Virus record (IMG/VR): IMGVR_UViG_3300030090_005798
Coordinates: 1-64,000 of that record
Source of the DNA: a virus
Length of the DNA stretch: 64,000 bases
Direction: 5' to 3' (one strand)
The position numbers and the translations under genes are program-made. The notes below the pieces were generated by a model. The model did no database searches and had not been told where the DNA came from. It worked only from the letters and a program-made list of their open reading frames with translations. Positions 36,646-45,336 of the stretch are shown one piece after another; position 1 is the stretch's first letter, and each line of letters starts with the position of its first letter.

Positions 36646-37616
36646 TAGAATAAATCCTCTGCATCAAATGTTTGCGAATTTTTCGCGTATTCAACAGGTC
36701 GAGTGTGGAAAAAATCTGTAGCGTTATTGCCAAGCAGTTCTTCCTCAAACCAAATTGTATTCACTAAAAGAGTCTTGTCAACATCAAAAGCTTCAGGAAA
36801 CCCAATTTGTTCTAATGATTCGTTAATTCTGTTTTTTATAAATTCTTTTAAAATCGGCGCTGTTAGCCCCTTTTCTTGATATCCGTTTATCATCCAGTCA
36901 ACAATCTGCGATTCTGCTTTAAAGGCGGCTTCAGATTCTTGAATTATTCTGTTCTCTAGTTCCTCATCAAATAGTTCTGGATGCTCTTCTCTAATCGTAT
37001 TGATTATTTTTATTCCTGCCAAAGCATGAATATTTTCCTCATTCCTAGTATACTTGACCTGCTGGCCAGTATCCTTGAGGACGTTTTTGTATCTATTAAA
37101 CCAGTTGATAATGTAGAACTGAGAAAACAACGACACATTCTCTACAAATAAAGTAAAAAGAATAATTGAATAAACATATTGCTTCTTAGAATCCTTATAG
37201 AACCTATGGTTATATTTTCTTAGGTAATTAACACGACCCTCAATAAAATCTAATTTTAAATTCTCCTCGAAAATGTCTTCTAACCCTAAAACCTTAAGCA
37301 GTCTTTCATAAGCATTGTTGTGAATAACCTCTACATTAGCCATGACATAACCGAGGTCCGTTAAGCTGGGGTGGGGTAAGTTATCTCCTAGTTTGCTCCA
37401 GAACTTTTTTACCGCTACTTCAATTTGTCCAATAGCAGAAAGAGTTCTTATTATTATCTCTTTTTCTGTATCGTTTAAATTCACGTTAAAGTCCTGCACA
37501 TCACTAGTAAAACTAAATTCTTTGTCTGTCCAAAACCCATTATGCATGGCTTCTATAAATTCTTGCGCCCAAGGGTAGTGGTCTGGTTTTCTGGAAATCT
37601 GCTCGTCAAAAATCAT
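36645..37616 (-). CDS. nrdB: Ribonucleotide reductase class Ia beta subunit
   Basis: FWTDKE, EVIHNNAY, ENVSLFSQF, EENIH, DFFHTRPVEY. Confidence 0.95.
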   Translation of the reverse strand: MIFDEQISRKPDHYPWAQEFIEAMHNGFWTDKEFSFTSDVQDFNVNLNDTEKEIIIRTLSAIGQIEVAVKKFWSKLGDNLPHPSLTDLGYVMANVEVIHNNAYERLLKVLGLEDIFEENLKLDFIEGRVNYLRKYNHRFYKDSKKQYVYSIILFTLFVENVSLFSQFYIINWFNRYKNVLKDTGQQVKYTRNEENIHALAGIKIINTIREEHPELFDEELENRIIQESEAAFKAESQIVDWMINGYQEKGLTAPILKEFIKNRINESLEQIGFPEAFDVDKTLLVNTIWFEEELLGNNATDFFHTRPVEYAKNSQTFDAEDLF

Positions 37617-37671
37617 CTCGTAAAGTTACACATGTTAGAAGGGTCAAAGAACCCCGTCAATGGTTTTTCTT

Positions 37672-37772
37672 AAAAAAATGCCAAGGGCATTAAATTAATA
37701 TGAACGTATGGGTAACGTAAGGAATATTATTTTAATTCGTATCCTATACGCTCGTCTCCCATACGATGGATT
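37672..37772 (-). ncRNA. Candidate ~100-nt structured small RNA
   Basis: TTGACA-16-TATTCT upstream; long imperfect hairpin (cgtatggg 37705-12 / cccatacg 37758-65); ends in AATGCC-CTT-GGCATT plus U-tract. Confidence 0.45.
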
Positions 37773-37857
37773 TACTTAAGAATAAAGGCGTTTTTTTAGG
37801 TGTCAAGAAAAAAATGAATTGATTTTTCGGATTTACGCGCTATATTAGAGGTATAGT

Positions 37858-38454
37858 TTGATTGAAGATCTTACAGATTCAGCCTTGACCGATCTAATTA
37901 AGGCTGAGAACGACGAGGGAGCCTTGGAAGAATTAATATCAAGGCACTCTGGAATTTATGTGGACATGCTAAAAAAATTTGGCATGAATTGCTTGACCCA
38001 TAATCAAGTTTCTGACATTATGAACGATAAGGATTATGTGATTTACAAGGCGGCACTAGAATATGACGAGACTAAAGCCAAATTTTCCACTCATTTAGCG
38101 AACAAAACAAAATATATGTGTCTTACTCAAAAGACTAAAAACAAAAATAATAAAATATCTTCAAATTTTGATGATGTCCAATTTTCTCAAAAAGACAATT
38201 CTTACACACCTGACGAAGAGTGCAAAATTAATGATTCTTTTTCTAGAATCTTAAATTTAATAAATAAACACAAAGATAAAAGACTTAAAACAATTTTTCA
38301 TGAAAGATATTTTTGTGGTCGAAGAGGCAAACTTAAACCTTGGAAAGAAGTCGCAAGAAAATTAAATTTATCAGCACAGGGGTGCATTAATATTCACAAT
38401 AAAGCTGTCAAAGAAATCAGTTTAAAAATAGATAATGAAAAAATTAAATTTTGA
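37858..38454 (+). CDS. Phage sigma70-family factor
   Basis: ALEELISRH, YD.TKAKFSTHL (region 2), WKEVARKLNLSAQGCINIHNKA (region 4 HTH); TTG start. Confidence 0.8.
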   Translation: MIEDLTDSALTDLIKAENDEGALEELISRHSGIYVDMLKKFGMNCLTHNQVSDIMNDKDYVIYKAALEYDETKAKFSTHLANKTKYMCLTQKTKNKNNKISSNFDDVQFSQKDNSYTPDEECKINDSFSRILNLINKHKDKRLKTIFHERYFCGRRGKLKPWKEVARKLNLSAQGCINIHNKAVKEISLKIDNEKIKF

Positions 38455-39523
38455 TGGGCCTATTAACTCACTTAGCTTAGGAAATGTATCTGTAAATTTT
38501 TTAAGAGAATTAAGAAAAAAAGATCTTGATATTGGGCTTTTCCCCGTTGGAGATAAAGGAGAGTTCGACGCTTACGATAAAATAGATGAAGATTTTAAAA
38601 AATGGGTCACCCTGAGCGCTAACTCCAGACTAAAAAAACTAAAATCTGATATACCAACTCTTAAAGTTTGGCACATTAACGGATCAGAAAAGATGTTGCC
38701 AAATCAATATCTTTACACTTTCTATGAGTTAGATTCTCCCACGGAGGAAGAAGTAAATATAGTTAAATTACAAAAGCATGTTTTCTTTTCTTCATCTGAG
38801 GCTATGGAAATATTCAAAGAAAAAGGATGTAACAATGTTAGTTACATTCCACTAGGCTTTGATTTAGATTTTCATGAAACAAACAAAGAATATCTAAAAG
38901 ATATAATTCATTTCGGACTGATTGGCAAGTTTGAGAGAAGAAAAAATACACAAGCTTTAATCCAGTTGTGGCTTAAAAAATATGGCAACAATCCTAAATA
39001 TCAATTAAGCTGCTTAATTACAAATCCATTTTTTAATCAAGAACAGATGGATTCTGCGATTCAATCCTGTTTAGGAGGGCAAAATTATTCAAACATAAAT
39101 TTATTACCCCACTTAAAGACAAATTCTGAAGTTAATGATTTAATTAATTCAATTGATATAGATTTATCAGGATTATCAAATGGAGAAGGATGGAATCTCC
39201 CTTCGTTTAACGCTACAGCTTTAGGAAAATGGTCAATTGTTAGCAACTGTTCTGCTCATAAAGATTGGGCTACCGAAGACAATTGCATTTTAGTAAACCC
39301 TATGGGGAAACAACCTTGTTATGATAATTTCTTTTTTAAGGAAGGGATGCCTTTTAATCAAGGAAAATATTATAAGTTAAAAGGGGAAGATATCCTAAAA
39401 GCCTTTGATGAAGCGGTCAAAAAAGTGGGACAGAAAAACACAGAAGGGACAAAACTGCGAGACAAATTTACCTATTCTAAAACAATAGATTCAATTTTAG
39501 ACTGTATTTACAGTGATTATTGA
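38435..39523 (+). CDS. GT4-like glycosyltransferase
   Basis: IGKFERRKN, GEGWNLP..A.ALGK. Confidence 0.8.
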   Translation: MKKLNFDGPINSLSLGNVSVNFLRELRKKDLDIGLFPVGDKGEFDAYDKIDEDFKKWVTLSANSRLKKLKSDIPTLKVWHINGSEKMLPNQYLYTFYELDSPTEEEVNIVKLQKHVFFSSSEAMEIFKEKGCNNVSYIPLGFDLDFHETNKEYLKDIIHFGLIGKFERRKNTQALIQLWLKKYGNNPKYQLSCLITNPFFNQEQMDSAIQSCLGGQNYSNINLLPHLKTNSEVNDLINSIDIDLSGLSNGEGWNLPSFNATALGKWSIVSNCSAHKDWATEDNCILVNPMGKQPCYDNFFFKEGMPFNQGKYYKLKGEDILKAFDEAVKKVGQKNTEGTKLRDKFTYSKTIDSILDCIYSDY

Positions 39524-39556
39524 AATGGCACGTTTAATGTTATATAATAATATATT

Positions 39557-39883
39557 ATGAATTATAAATTAAATACTCACTTATTGGATAACTTCTTTGA
39601 TGCATTTGGAACAAGTAAACACGCTGATGTTAAAGACTGCGGCGATGTATATAGCGCTGAATTTGAGCTTGCTGGCTTTGCCAAAGATGACATTGATATT
39701 ACAGCAACAAATGATAATTTAATTATCAAAGCAAAAAATGAAAAGCGTCAAAAGGATTTTAAATTAAATTTATATGGCGCTGTATCAGTAGAGGATATTA
39801 CCTGTGATACTGAAAATGGTTTACTAACGGTTACAATGCCAAAAAAATGTGTCAGCGAACAACGTAAAATTAGCATTAATTAA
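39557..39883 (+). CDS. Small heat-shock protein (Hsp20)
   Basis: ELAGFAKDDIDI, ENGLLTVTMPK; TTGAAA-17-TATAAT upstream. Confidence 0.9.
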   Translation: MNYKLNTHLLDNFFDAFGTSKHADVKDCGDVYSAEFELAGFAKDDIDITATNDNLIIKAKNEKRQKDFKLNLYGAVSVEDITCDTENGLLTVTMPKKCVSEQRKISIN

Positions 39884-40263
39884 TGCCTATTTATATTTAT
39901 AAGCATCCCACTGAGGAGGTGTATGAGGAAGTTATTCAAGGAATGAATGATGCTCATACATTCTCTAAAGATGGGGTAGAATGGCAAAGGGTTTTCCTTC
40001 CTCCAAATGCTGCTATTTCATCAAGCTCAGACCCATTTAATAGCAACTCTTTTTTGGAAAAGACATCAAACATGAAAGGCACATTTGGTGATATGATGGA
40101 TTATTCAGCAGAACTTAGTGAAAAGAGGGCTGAAAAATCTGGAGGGATTGACCCAATTAAAAAGAAGCATTTTCAGAGGTATGAAAAAGATGTAGGGAAG
40201 AAACATGTGAACGACAAGGGACACTCTTATGAGAATAAATCAATAAAAGTGGACTATGATTAA
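39883..40263 (+). CDS. FmdB-like protein with Cys ligands lost
   Basis: MPIYIY..E..Q.M..WQRVF..P pattern. Confidence 0.5.
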   Translation: MPIYIYKHPTEEVYEEVIQGMNDAHTFSKDGVEWQRVFLPPNAAISSSSDPFNSNSFLEKTSNMKGTFGDMMDYSAELSEKRAEKSGGIDPIKKKHFQRYEKDVGKKHVNDKGHSYENKSIKVDYD

Positions 40264-41148
40264 TTATATAGTTACTGTCCCTATTCCAACCTGACCCCAA
40301 AGGTTGTATCCAGTTTGTATCAAAAGAGTTGCCCCAGATATTGCCATTGCTCCAGTAGCATAGTTGGCTGGCACTCCAACAGCAGAAGTATTCCCTCCCC
40401 ATTCTGGAAGTCGAAATCCTGTCTCAAAATGTGTAATACCTCTCATAAAGTTTTCTCCAGAGAATAAAGTATCTGATTCGAAAACCACTGAACTTTGTCC
40501 ACGGAAAGTATTAATTCCTCCAAAGTTATTATTACCAGACAACAAAGTATTTCCTATTACATCCAAATTTCCCGAGACAATACCAGACTGAGCTAAACTT
40601 GTATGATTGCCCATGTATGTTTGGCCCCCTATAAAGAAATGACCACTATTAAATTGCACTGCCAGACTATGATTTCTTGCAACAGTTAAAGATGTAGCAG
40701 ATAGCGAATCTTTCATTATAACGGAACCAGTTGATTCAGTTGCAATAGTAACACCGCGACCCGCTAAGACTACATTATCTTGACTTCCAGTATTAAATGT
40801 AGTGCTAGAACCATGAACCAAAAAATTTCTACTTCCGCTAATGTCTCCATTTACAGAGTATAATGCAATATTGTCTCCATTATTTGAATCTGCGCCAATT
40901 TCTGTATTAGTCCCAGCTATCAGCAGATTTCCGTCATCGATAGAAAAACTATTATCACCAGTGTTCGGCAAACCAAATATTTGTTTTCCGTTTGTCGTAA
41001 ACTGTCCAGTAAAAGCAAAATTTCCTGTTAAATTTTTAGATACATTGATCTGAACCCCAGTATCAGTCTGAGTGATATTTAAATCTCCAGAATCACTAAA
41101 AAAAGTGGGCATCTGGATTTGTTCAGGTTGAATTTTGTTAAAAGCCAT
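40264..41148 (-). CDS. Probable virion structural/fibre protein, S/T-G rich
   Basis: Beta-rich G/S/T/N composition; 17 SG/TG in 294 aa; GTGTAA upstream; inverted relative to neighbours. Confidence 0.6.
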   Translation of the reverse strand: MAFNKIQPEQIQMPTFFSDSGDLNITQTDTGVQINVSKNLTGNFAFTGQFTTNGKQIFGLPNTGDNSFSIDDGNLLIAGTNTEIGADSNNGDNIALYSVNGDISGSRNFLVHGSSTTFNTGSQDNVVLAGRGVTIATESTGSVIMKDSLSATSLTVARNHSLAVQFNSGHFFIGGQTYMGNHTSLAQSGIVSGNLDVIGNTLLSGNNNFGGINTFRGQSSVVFESDTLFSGENFMRGITHFETGFRLPEWGGNTSAVGVPANYATGAMAISGATLLIQTGYNLWGQVGIGTVTI

Positions 41149-41186
41149 GCTACAATAGATTATCTTTTATAAATTACACGAATTCA

Positions 41187-41747
41187 ATGAAATTTACTCT
41201 TTATAAGCCAAACTCAAAAAATACAGGCGCTGCATTCAGCTTTGACCTAGCGAAAGACAAAAAAGGAAACGCTGTTATGTATGTATCTATGATACAGCAA
41301 CATAGCTGGAATGATAAGACTAAAAGCGGCTCTTTTAAGGAAAATGCAAAAAATCCTGAAAAATCTGGCACAATTAAGTTATCTGCCAACGAAGCTGGTG
41401 AAATTCTCTCATCATTTAAAACCAGAATCCCTTTTTTGGCTTTCCATAGGAGAAACGATGACACAACAATTATCAAATTTACACCTTGGGATAAAAAAAG
41501 AAAAATTATAGGAAAGGATGGCGATGAATGGCACGAAACCCCAGCCTTTGGAGTTAGCGTTACCAGAAATTCCGCTATGACATTCAAACTGCCTTTAGAG
41601 GCTGGAGAAACAGAAGTTTTGTCTGAACTTCTCAAAAAATATATTTTAGAATCTTTTATTGTAGCTGACGCATATAAGACTCAACCTCAAAAAGAAACCT
41701 CCCAAGAAAGCTCTTCAGATATAGAAGATTCAGATGTCCCATTCTAA
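41187..41747 (+). CDS. Probable ssDNA-binding protein (PC4/Whirly-like)
   Basis: Beta-rich core and acidic C-terminal DIEDSDVPF tail. Confidence 0.55.
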   Translation: MKFTLYKPNSKNTGAAFSFDLAKDKKGNAVMYVSMIQQHSWNDKTKSGSFKENAKNPEKSGTIKLSANEAGEILSSFKTRIPFLAFHRRNDDTTIIKFTPWDKKRKIIGKDGDEWHETPAFGVSVTRNSAMTFKLPLEAGETEVLSELLKKYILESFIVADAYKTQPQKETSQESSSDIEDSDVPF

Positions 41748-43443
41748 AAAACTAAAAGTATTAGTTCACTCTAATCACAGTAGGCTTGTTACTGGTTTTG
41801 GTAAAAATACCAAAAACATAATGATGGGTTTACACAATGATCCAGATATAGAATTAATTGAAGTTGCGAATGGAAGTAAGTATGGAGCAGATGCACTAAC
41901 CCCTTGGGAGTCCTGTGGATCTTATCCTACTAATCCTAGCGTTTTGCAACAAATTCAAGGAGATGGAGCAAAAGAAAGAATGGCTCAATATGGATTTTAT
42001 TGTATTGATGATATCGTAGAAAAATATAAACCCGATGTTTATTTAGGTGTTGAAGATATTTGGGCATTTACACAATATGAGCAAAAGCCTTGGTGGAATA
42101 AAATTAACAAAGTATTATGGACCACTTTAGATAGTCTTCCGATTTTAGATCAAGCCTTACACATGGAACCTCTTTGTGACAAGATGCTCGTTTGGGCTTC
42201 TTTCGCTGAAAAAGAAATGAAAAGACTTGGCTACAAAAATGTAGAGACTCTACACGGAGCAGTAGATTATACTAGTTTTTATCCATTAAAAAATAGAAAT
42301 GAAATAAGAAAAAAATTTGGTATAGATGACTGCTTTGTAATTGGGTTCGTATTTAAGAATCAATTAAGAAAATCCGTGCCTAACCTTTTACAAGGATTTA
42401 AAACTTTTAAAGAAGAAAACCCAAACGTAAAAGCAAAACTTTTACTACACACAGATTGGGGAGAAGTGGGATCAGGATGGGATATACCTAGATATATAAA
42501 AGAAATGGGTATTGATCCTGAAGATATCCTATCAACATACGTTTGTCATGCTTGTGATTTCTATTATGTAGCTCCATATCAAGGAGAAGATAAGAATTGT
42601 CCAAGCTGCAATAAAGAAAAAACATTTAAAACAAAAAGCAGTATCAAAGGAATTGGAGAGAAGGAACTTAATGAACTTTATAATTGTATGGATGTTTATT
42701 GTCATCCATTCACTAGCGGAGGACAAGAGTTGCCAATCCAAGAGGCTAAAGCTGCTGGCTTAATCACATTGGTAACAGAATATTCTTGTGGGACAGATTC
42801 TTGCTACGAAGATCAAGGAGGTATACCTCTCAAATGGAACGAATACAGAGAACCTCAAACTCAATTTATAAAAGCATCTACTTGTCCAAAAGACATAGCC
42901 AATAAACTTTCATATGTTTACAAAATGGATGATGTTGATAAATGGCAATTATCCGTAAAAGCAATGAAATATGTAAGGGAAACCTTTTCCACAGAAAGAA
43001 TATGTAAAAAACTAAAAGAGATTCTTTTGAATCTTAAGAAGCCCGAAATAAAAAAGGAGGAAGAAAAACAAAATCAAAAAGCTCTTGATTTACAAGATGT
43101 TTTAGATGACGAGGGAGTGGAAAACAGAATTGCAGTTATATTGCCTGAGTCTGCTGGAGATGTATTAATATTAAATTCTTTAATGGAAAATTTAAAAAGC
43201 TTATATCCAGAGAAGAATATTTATGTATTTACAAAACCTCAATTTTATCAAATGATAGAGGACAACCCAAGCATACATAAAATGTTACCGTATTCTCCTC
43301 AATTAGAAAATTTGCTATTTCTTGAGGGTAGAGGAAATCACCAAGGATATTTTGATATGGCCTTTCTGCCAAACATTGGAACACAGAGACACTTAAACTA
43401 TCTCCACAATGGTAAAGATAAAACCCAATTTGAATTAAGATGA
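41734..43443 (+). CDS. GT4 glycosyltransferase with CxxC-CxxC insert and C-terminal GT9 N-lobe
   Basis: TGFG, KNQLRK, CHAC..CPSC, GGQELPIQEAKAAG; C-terminal SAGDVL..LKSLYP..NPSIHK. Confidence 0.8.
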   Translation: MSHSKKLKVLVHSNHSRLVTGFGKNTKNIMMGLHNDPDIELIEVANGSKYGADALTPWESCGSYPTNPSVLQQIQGDGAKERMAQYGFYCIDDIVEKYKPDVYLGVEDIWAFTQYEQKPWWNKINKVLWTTLDSLPILDQALHMEPLCDKMLVWASFAEKEMKRLGYKNVETLHGAVDYTSFYPLKNRNEIRKKFGIDDCFVIGFVFKNQLRKSVPNLLQGFKTFKEENPNVKAKLLLHTDWGEVGSGWDIPRYIKEMGIDPEDILSTYVCHACDFYYVAPYQGEDKNCPSCNKEKTFKTKSSIKGIGEKELNELYNCMDVYCHPFTSGGQELPIQEAKAAGLITLVTEYSCGTDSCYEDQGGIPLKWNEYREPQTQFIKASTCPKDIANKLSYVYKMDDVDKWQLSVKAMKYVRETFSTERICKKLKEILLNLKKPEIKKEEEKQNQKALDLQDVLDDEGVENRIAVILPESAGDVLILNSLMENLKSLYPEKNIYVFTKPQFYQMIEDNPSIHKMLPYSPQLENLLFLEGRGNHQGYFDMAFLPNIGTQRHLNYLHNGKDKTQFELR

Positions 43444-44564
43444 GTCACTTAGCAGAAGAATATGCAAAATCTTGTGGTGTTAAAATAGGCAAACCTGTTT
43501 TAAAACCTCACTATTTTCCAATACTGCATGATAAATATATTACAATTCATAATGATAAAAAAGTTCAATCTAAAGAATATGATATGTGGATTGATGTTAT
43601 ATCTTTGTTAAGACCACATCTAACAGATACAAAAATAATTCAAGTTGGAGCAATTGGAGAACAAACTATTGAAGGAGTAGACCAGCATATCCCAACAGGA
43701 ACACTTAAACAATCTGCTTATATTATTAAAAATGCATTAGCTCATGTAGGAATTGATAGCGTCCCCGTTCATATAGCTTCTGCCCTAGATAGACCTGTAG
43801 TTGGTATTTATTCTCATACTTATGCATCCACATGCGAACCTCTTTGGAACGAAAAAAGTAAAGTTGTAACAATTGAATCAGATAGAGGGGGCAATAAACC
43901 CTCTTTCTCTTTAGAAGAAATCCCAAAAACAATAAATTTAATTAAGCCAGAAGAAATAGCTCAAGCTGTGCTTGATGTAATGGGTATTAATAAAACAATA
44001 AAACATAAAACTCTTTTTATTGGCAATCAATATACTTCAAACTTTGTAGAAATAATTCCAACCGTCCCAACATCAGTTCAAGCAAACCACATAGACGTAA
44101 GAATGGATTATGCTCATAACGAGCAGATATTATCTGAGATTATAAGCAGAAACGAAGTTGAGGTCACTTTATCCAAACCCATTGACTTAAGATTTTTAAA
44201 ATCTGGAAAGATTAAAAAAATTGTATATAAAGCAAATAGCTTTGAAAAAGATTTTTTAACTGAAATTAAAAAATCAAGCATCCCTCACATAATAATATGC
44301 ACATCTGGAAAGAACCTAGCTCAAGAAAGATTAAAAAATTTCGACTTTTTAATAAATTATTTAGACCTACAAGGCTTAATAAAAAATAATAAAAAAAGAA
44401 TAAAAAACACAGATTTTAATAAAGTTAAAATCAAAAGTAACAAAAAGGTTGTATGTGGGAATAAGGTTTATGATAGTTTTTTTGATTTGAATGGAAGAAA
44501 AAATTTAGATCATTTTTATATTGACTTAGAATTCTTTAGAGTTTATACTGAAGAAGATGAGTGA
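43440..44564 (+). CDS. GT9 C-lobe fused to an unknown C-terminal domain
   Basis: YITIH..KEY..W, IIQVG, HVGIDSVPVHIASALDRPVVGIY. Confidence 0.7.
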   Translation: MSHLAEEYAKSCGVKIGKPVLKPHYFPILHDKYITIHNDKKVQSKEYDMWIDVISLLRPHLTDTKIIQVGAIGEQTIEGVDQHIPTGTLKQSAYIIKNALAHVGIDSVPVHIASALDRPVVGIYSHTYASTCEPLWNEKSKVVTIESDRGGNKPSFSLEEIPKTINLIKPEEIAQAVLDVMGINKTIKHKTLFIGNQYTSNFVEIIPTVPTSVQANHIDVRMDYAHNEQILSEIISRNEVEVTLSKPIDLRFLKSGKIKKIVYKANSFEKDFLTEIKKSSIPHIIICTSGKNLAQERLKNFDFLINYLDLQGLIKNNKKRIKNTDFNKVKIKSNKKVVCGNKVYDSFFDLNGRKNLDHFYIDLEFFRVYTEEDE

Positions 44565-45336
44565 GAAAAAGATCTACGGACCAGATATCTACAAGCGTAA
44601 CGAGCATGGGTTGCTTGAAAATGTAGACTACGAATTTAACGAGGATGGCTCTGTCAACTGGAGAGCTATGATCAAGGAAGAATTCCTCTATCCTAACAAG
44701 GATTGGTTTGCTTCTAGGAAGAAAGATGTCCCTACTTCTGTTGAGGGTCTCTCCGATAAACAGCTTCTCATTATGCTTGGAGGCATCAAAGAGCTAGCTA
44801 AAATGAGAGGCTATCACACCATTGATTTCAAAGTAGATAATATCTCAGATGGTTACGTTACTGCAAAATGCCAGATAGACTGGATAGAAAATTATGAGTG
44901 TTCATTTGGAGGTATTAACTCCCGCTACACAGATGTAGCTAATGCCACTCTTGCAAATACAGACAATTTCTGCGCTAAATTCCTAGAAACAATAGCCTGT
45001 AACCGCGCTTTTGTCCGTTGTGTGCGTAATTATCTCAATATCCACATTGTAGGGGCAGACGAGATAGATAAGTCAAAAGGAGCTAATAATTCCAATACCG
45101 TGGAGTATGATGCCTCTAGCGACTCCGCTATGCTCCCATTAACGCCAGCAGGAACGCTCCAGAAGGCTTTGGACGAAGATAATGGGGTAAAGTCCTTCGA
45201 TGACTTTAAATCGCTTCTGAGGACGTTCTGGAAGGAAGAAATATACAAAAATGAGGAAGCGGCAAATTGGAAGTCTTATGACGATATCCCAGCCAAAGAG
45301 TGCAGAAAGCTTATTGCAATCTGCAAAAAATCATAA
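44557..45336 (+). CDS. Hypothetical protein, possible single-strand annealing protein
   Basis: LGGIKELA..ETIACNRAFVRCVRNYLNI..GADEI weakly resembles Rad52/RecT-type cores. Confidence 0.4.
   Translation: MSEKKIYGPDIYKRNEHGLLENVDYEFNEDGSVNWRAMIKEEFLYPNKDWFASRKKDVPTSVEGLSDKQLLIMLGGIKELAKMRGYHTIDFKVDNISDGYVTAKCQIDWIENYECSFGGINSRYTDVANATLANTDNFCAKFLETIACNRAFVRCVRNYLNIHIVGADEIDKSKGANNSNTVEYDASSDSAMLPLTPAGTLQKALDEDNGVKSFDDFKSLLRTFWKEEIYKNEEAANWKSYDDIPAKECRKLIAICKKS

Noticed and set aside
18749-37616. Inteins or introns in dnaE, dnaB, recA or nrdAB
   Set aside because: Lengths are compact and no C..HN/LAGLIDADG intein signatures or interrupted motifs were seen.
39526-39540. Sigma54-like TGGCACG upstream of Hsp20
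   Set aside because: The -12 element reads ATGT instead of TTGC, and a good TTGAAA-17-TATAAT promoter spans the same site.
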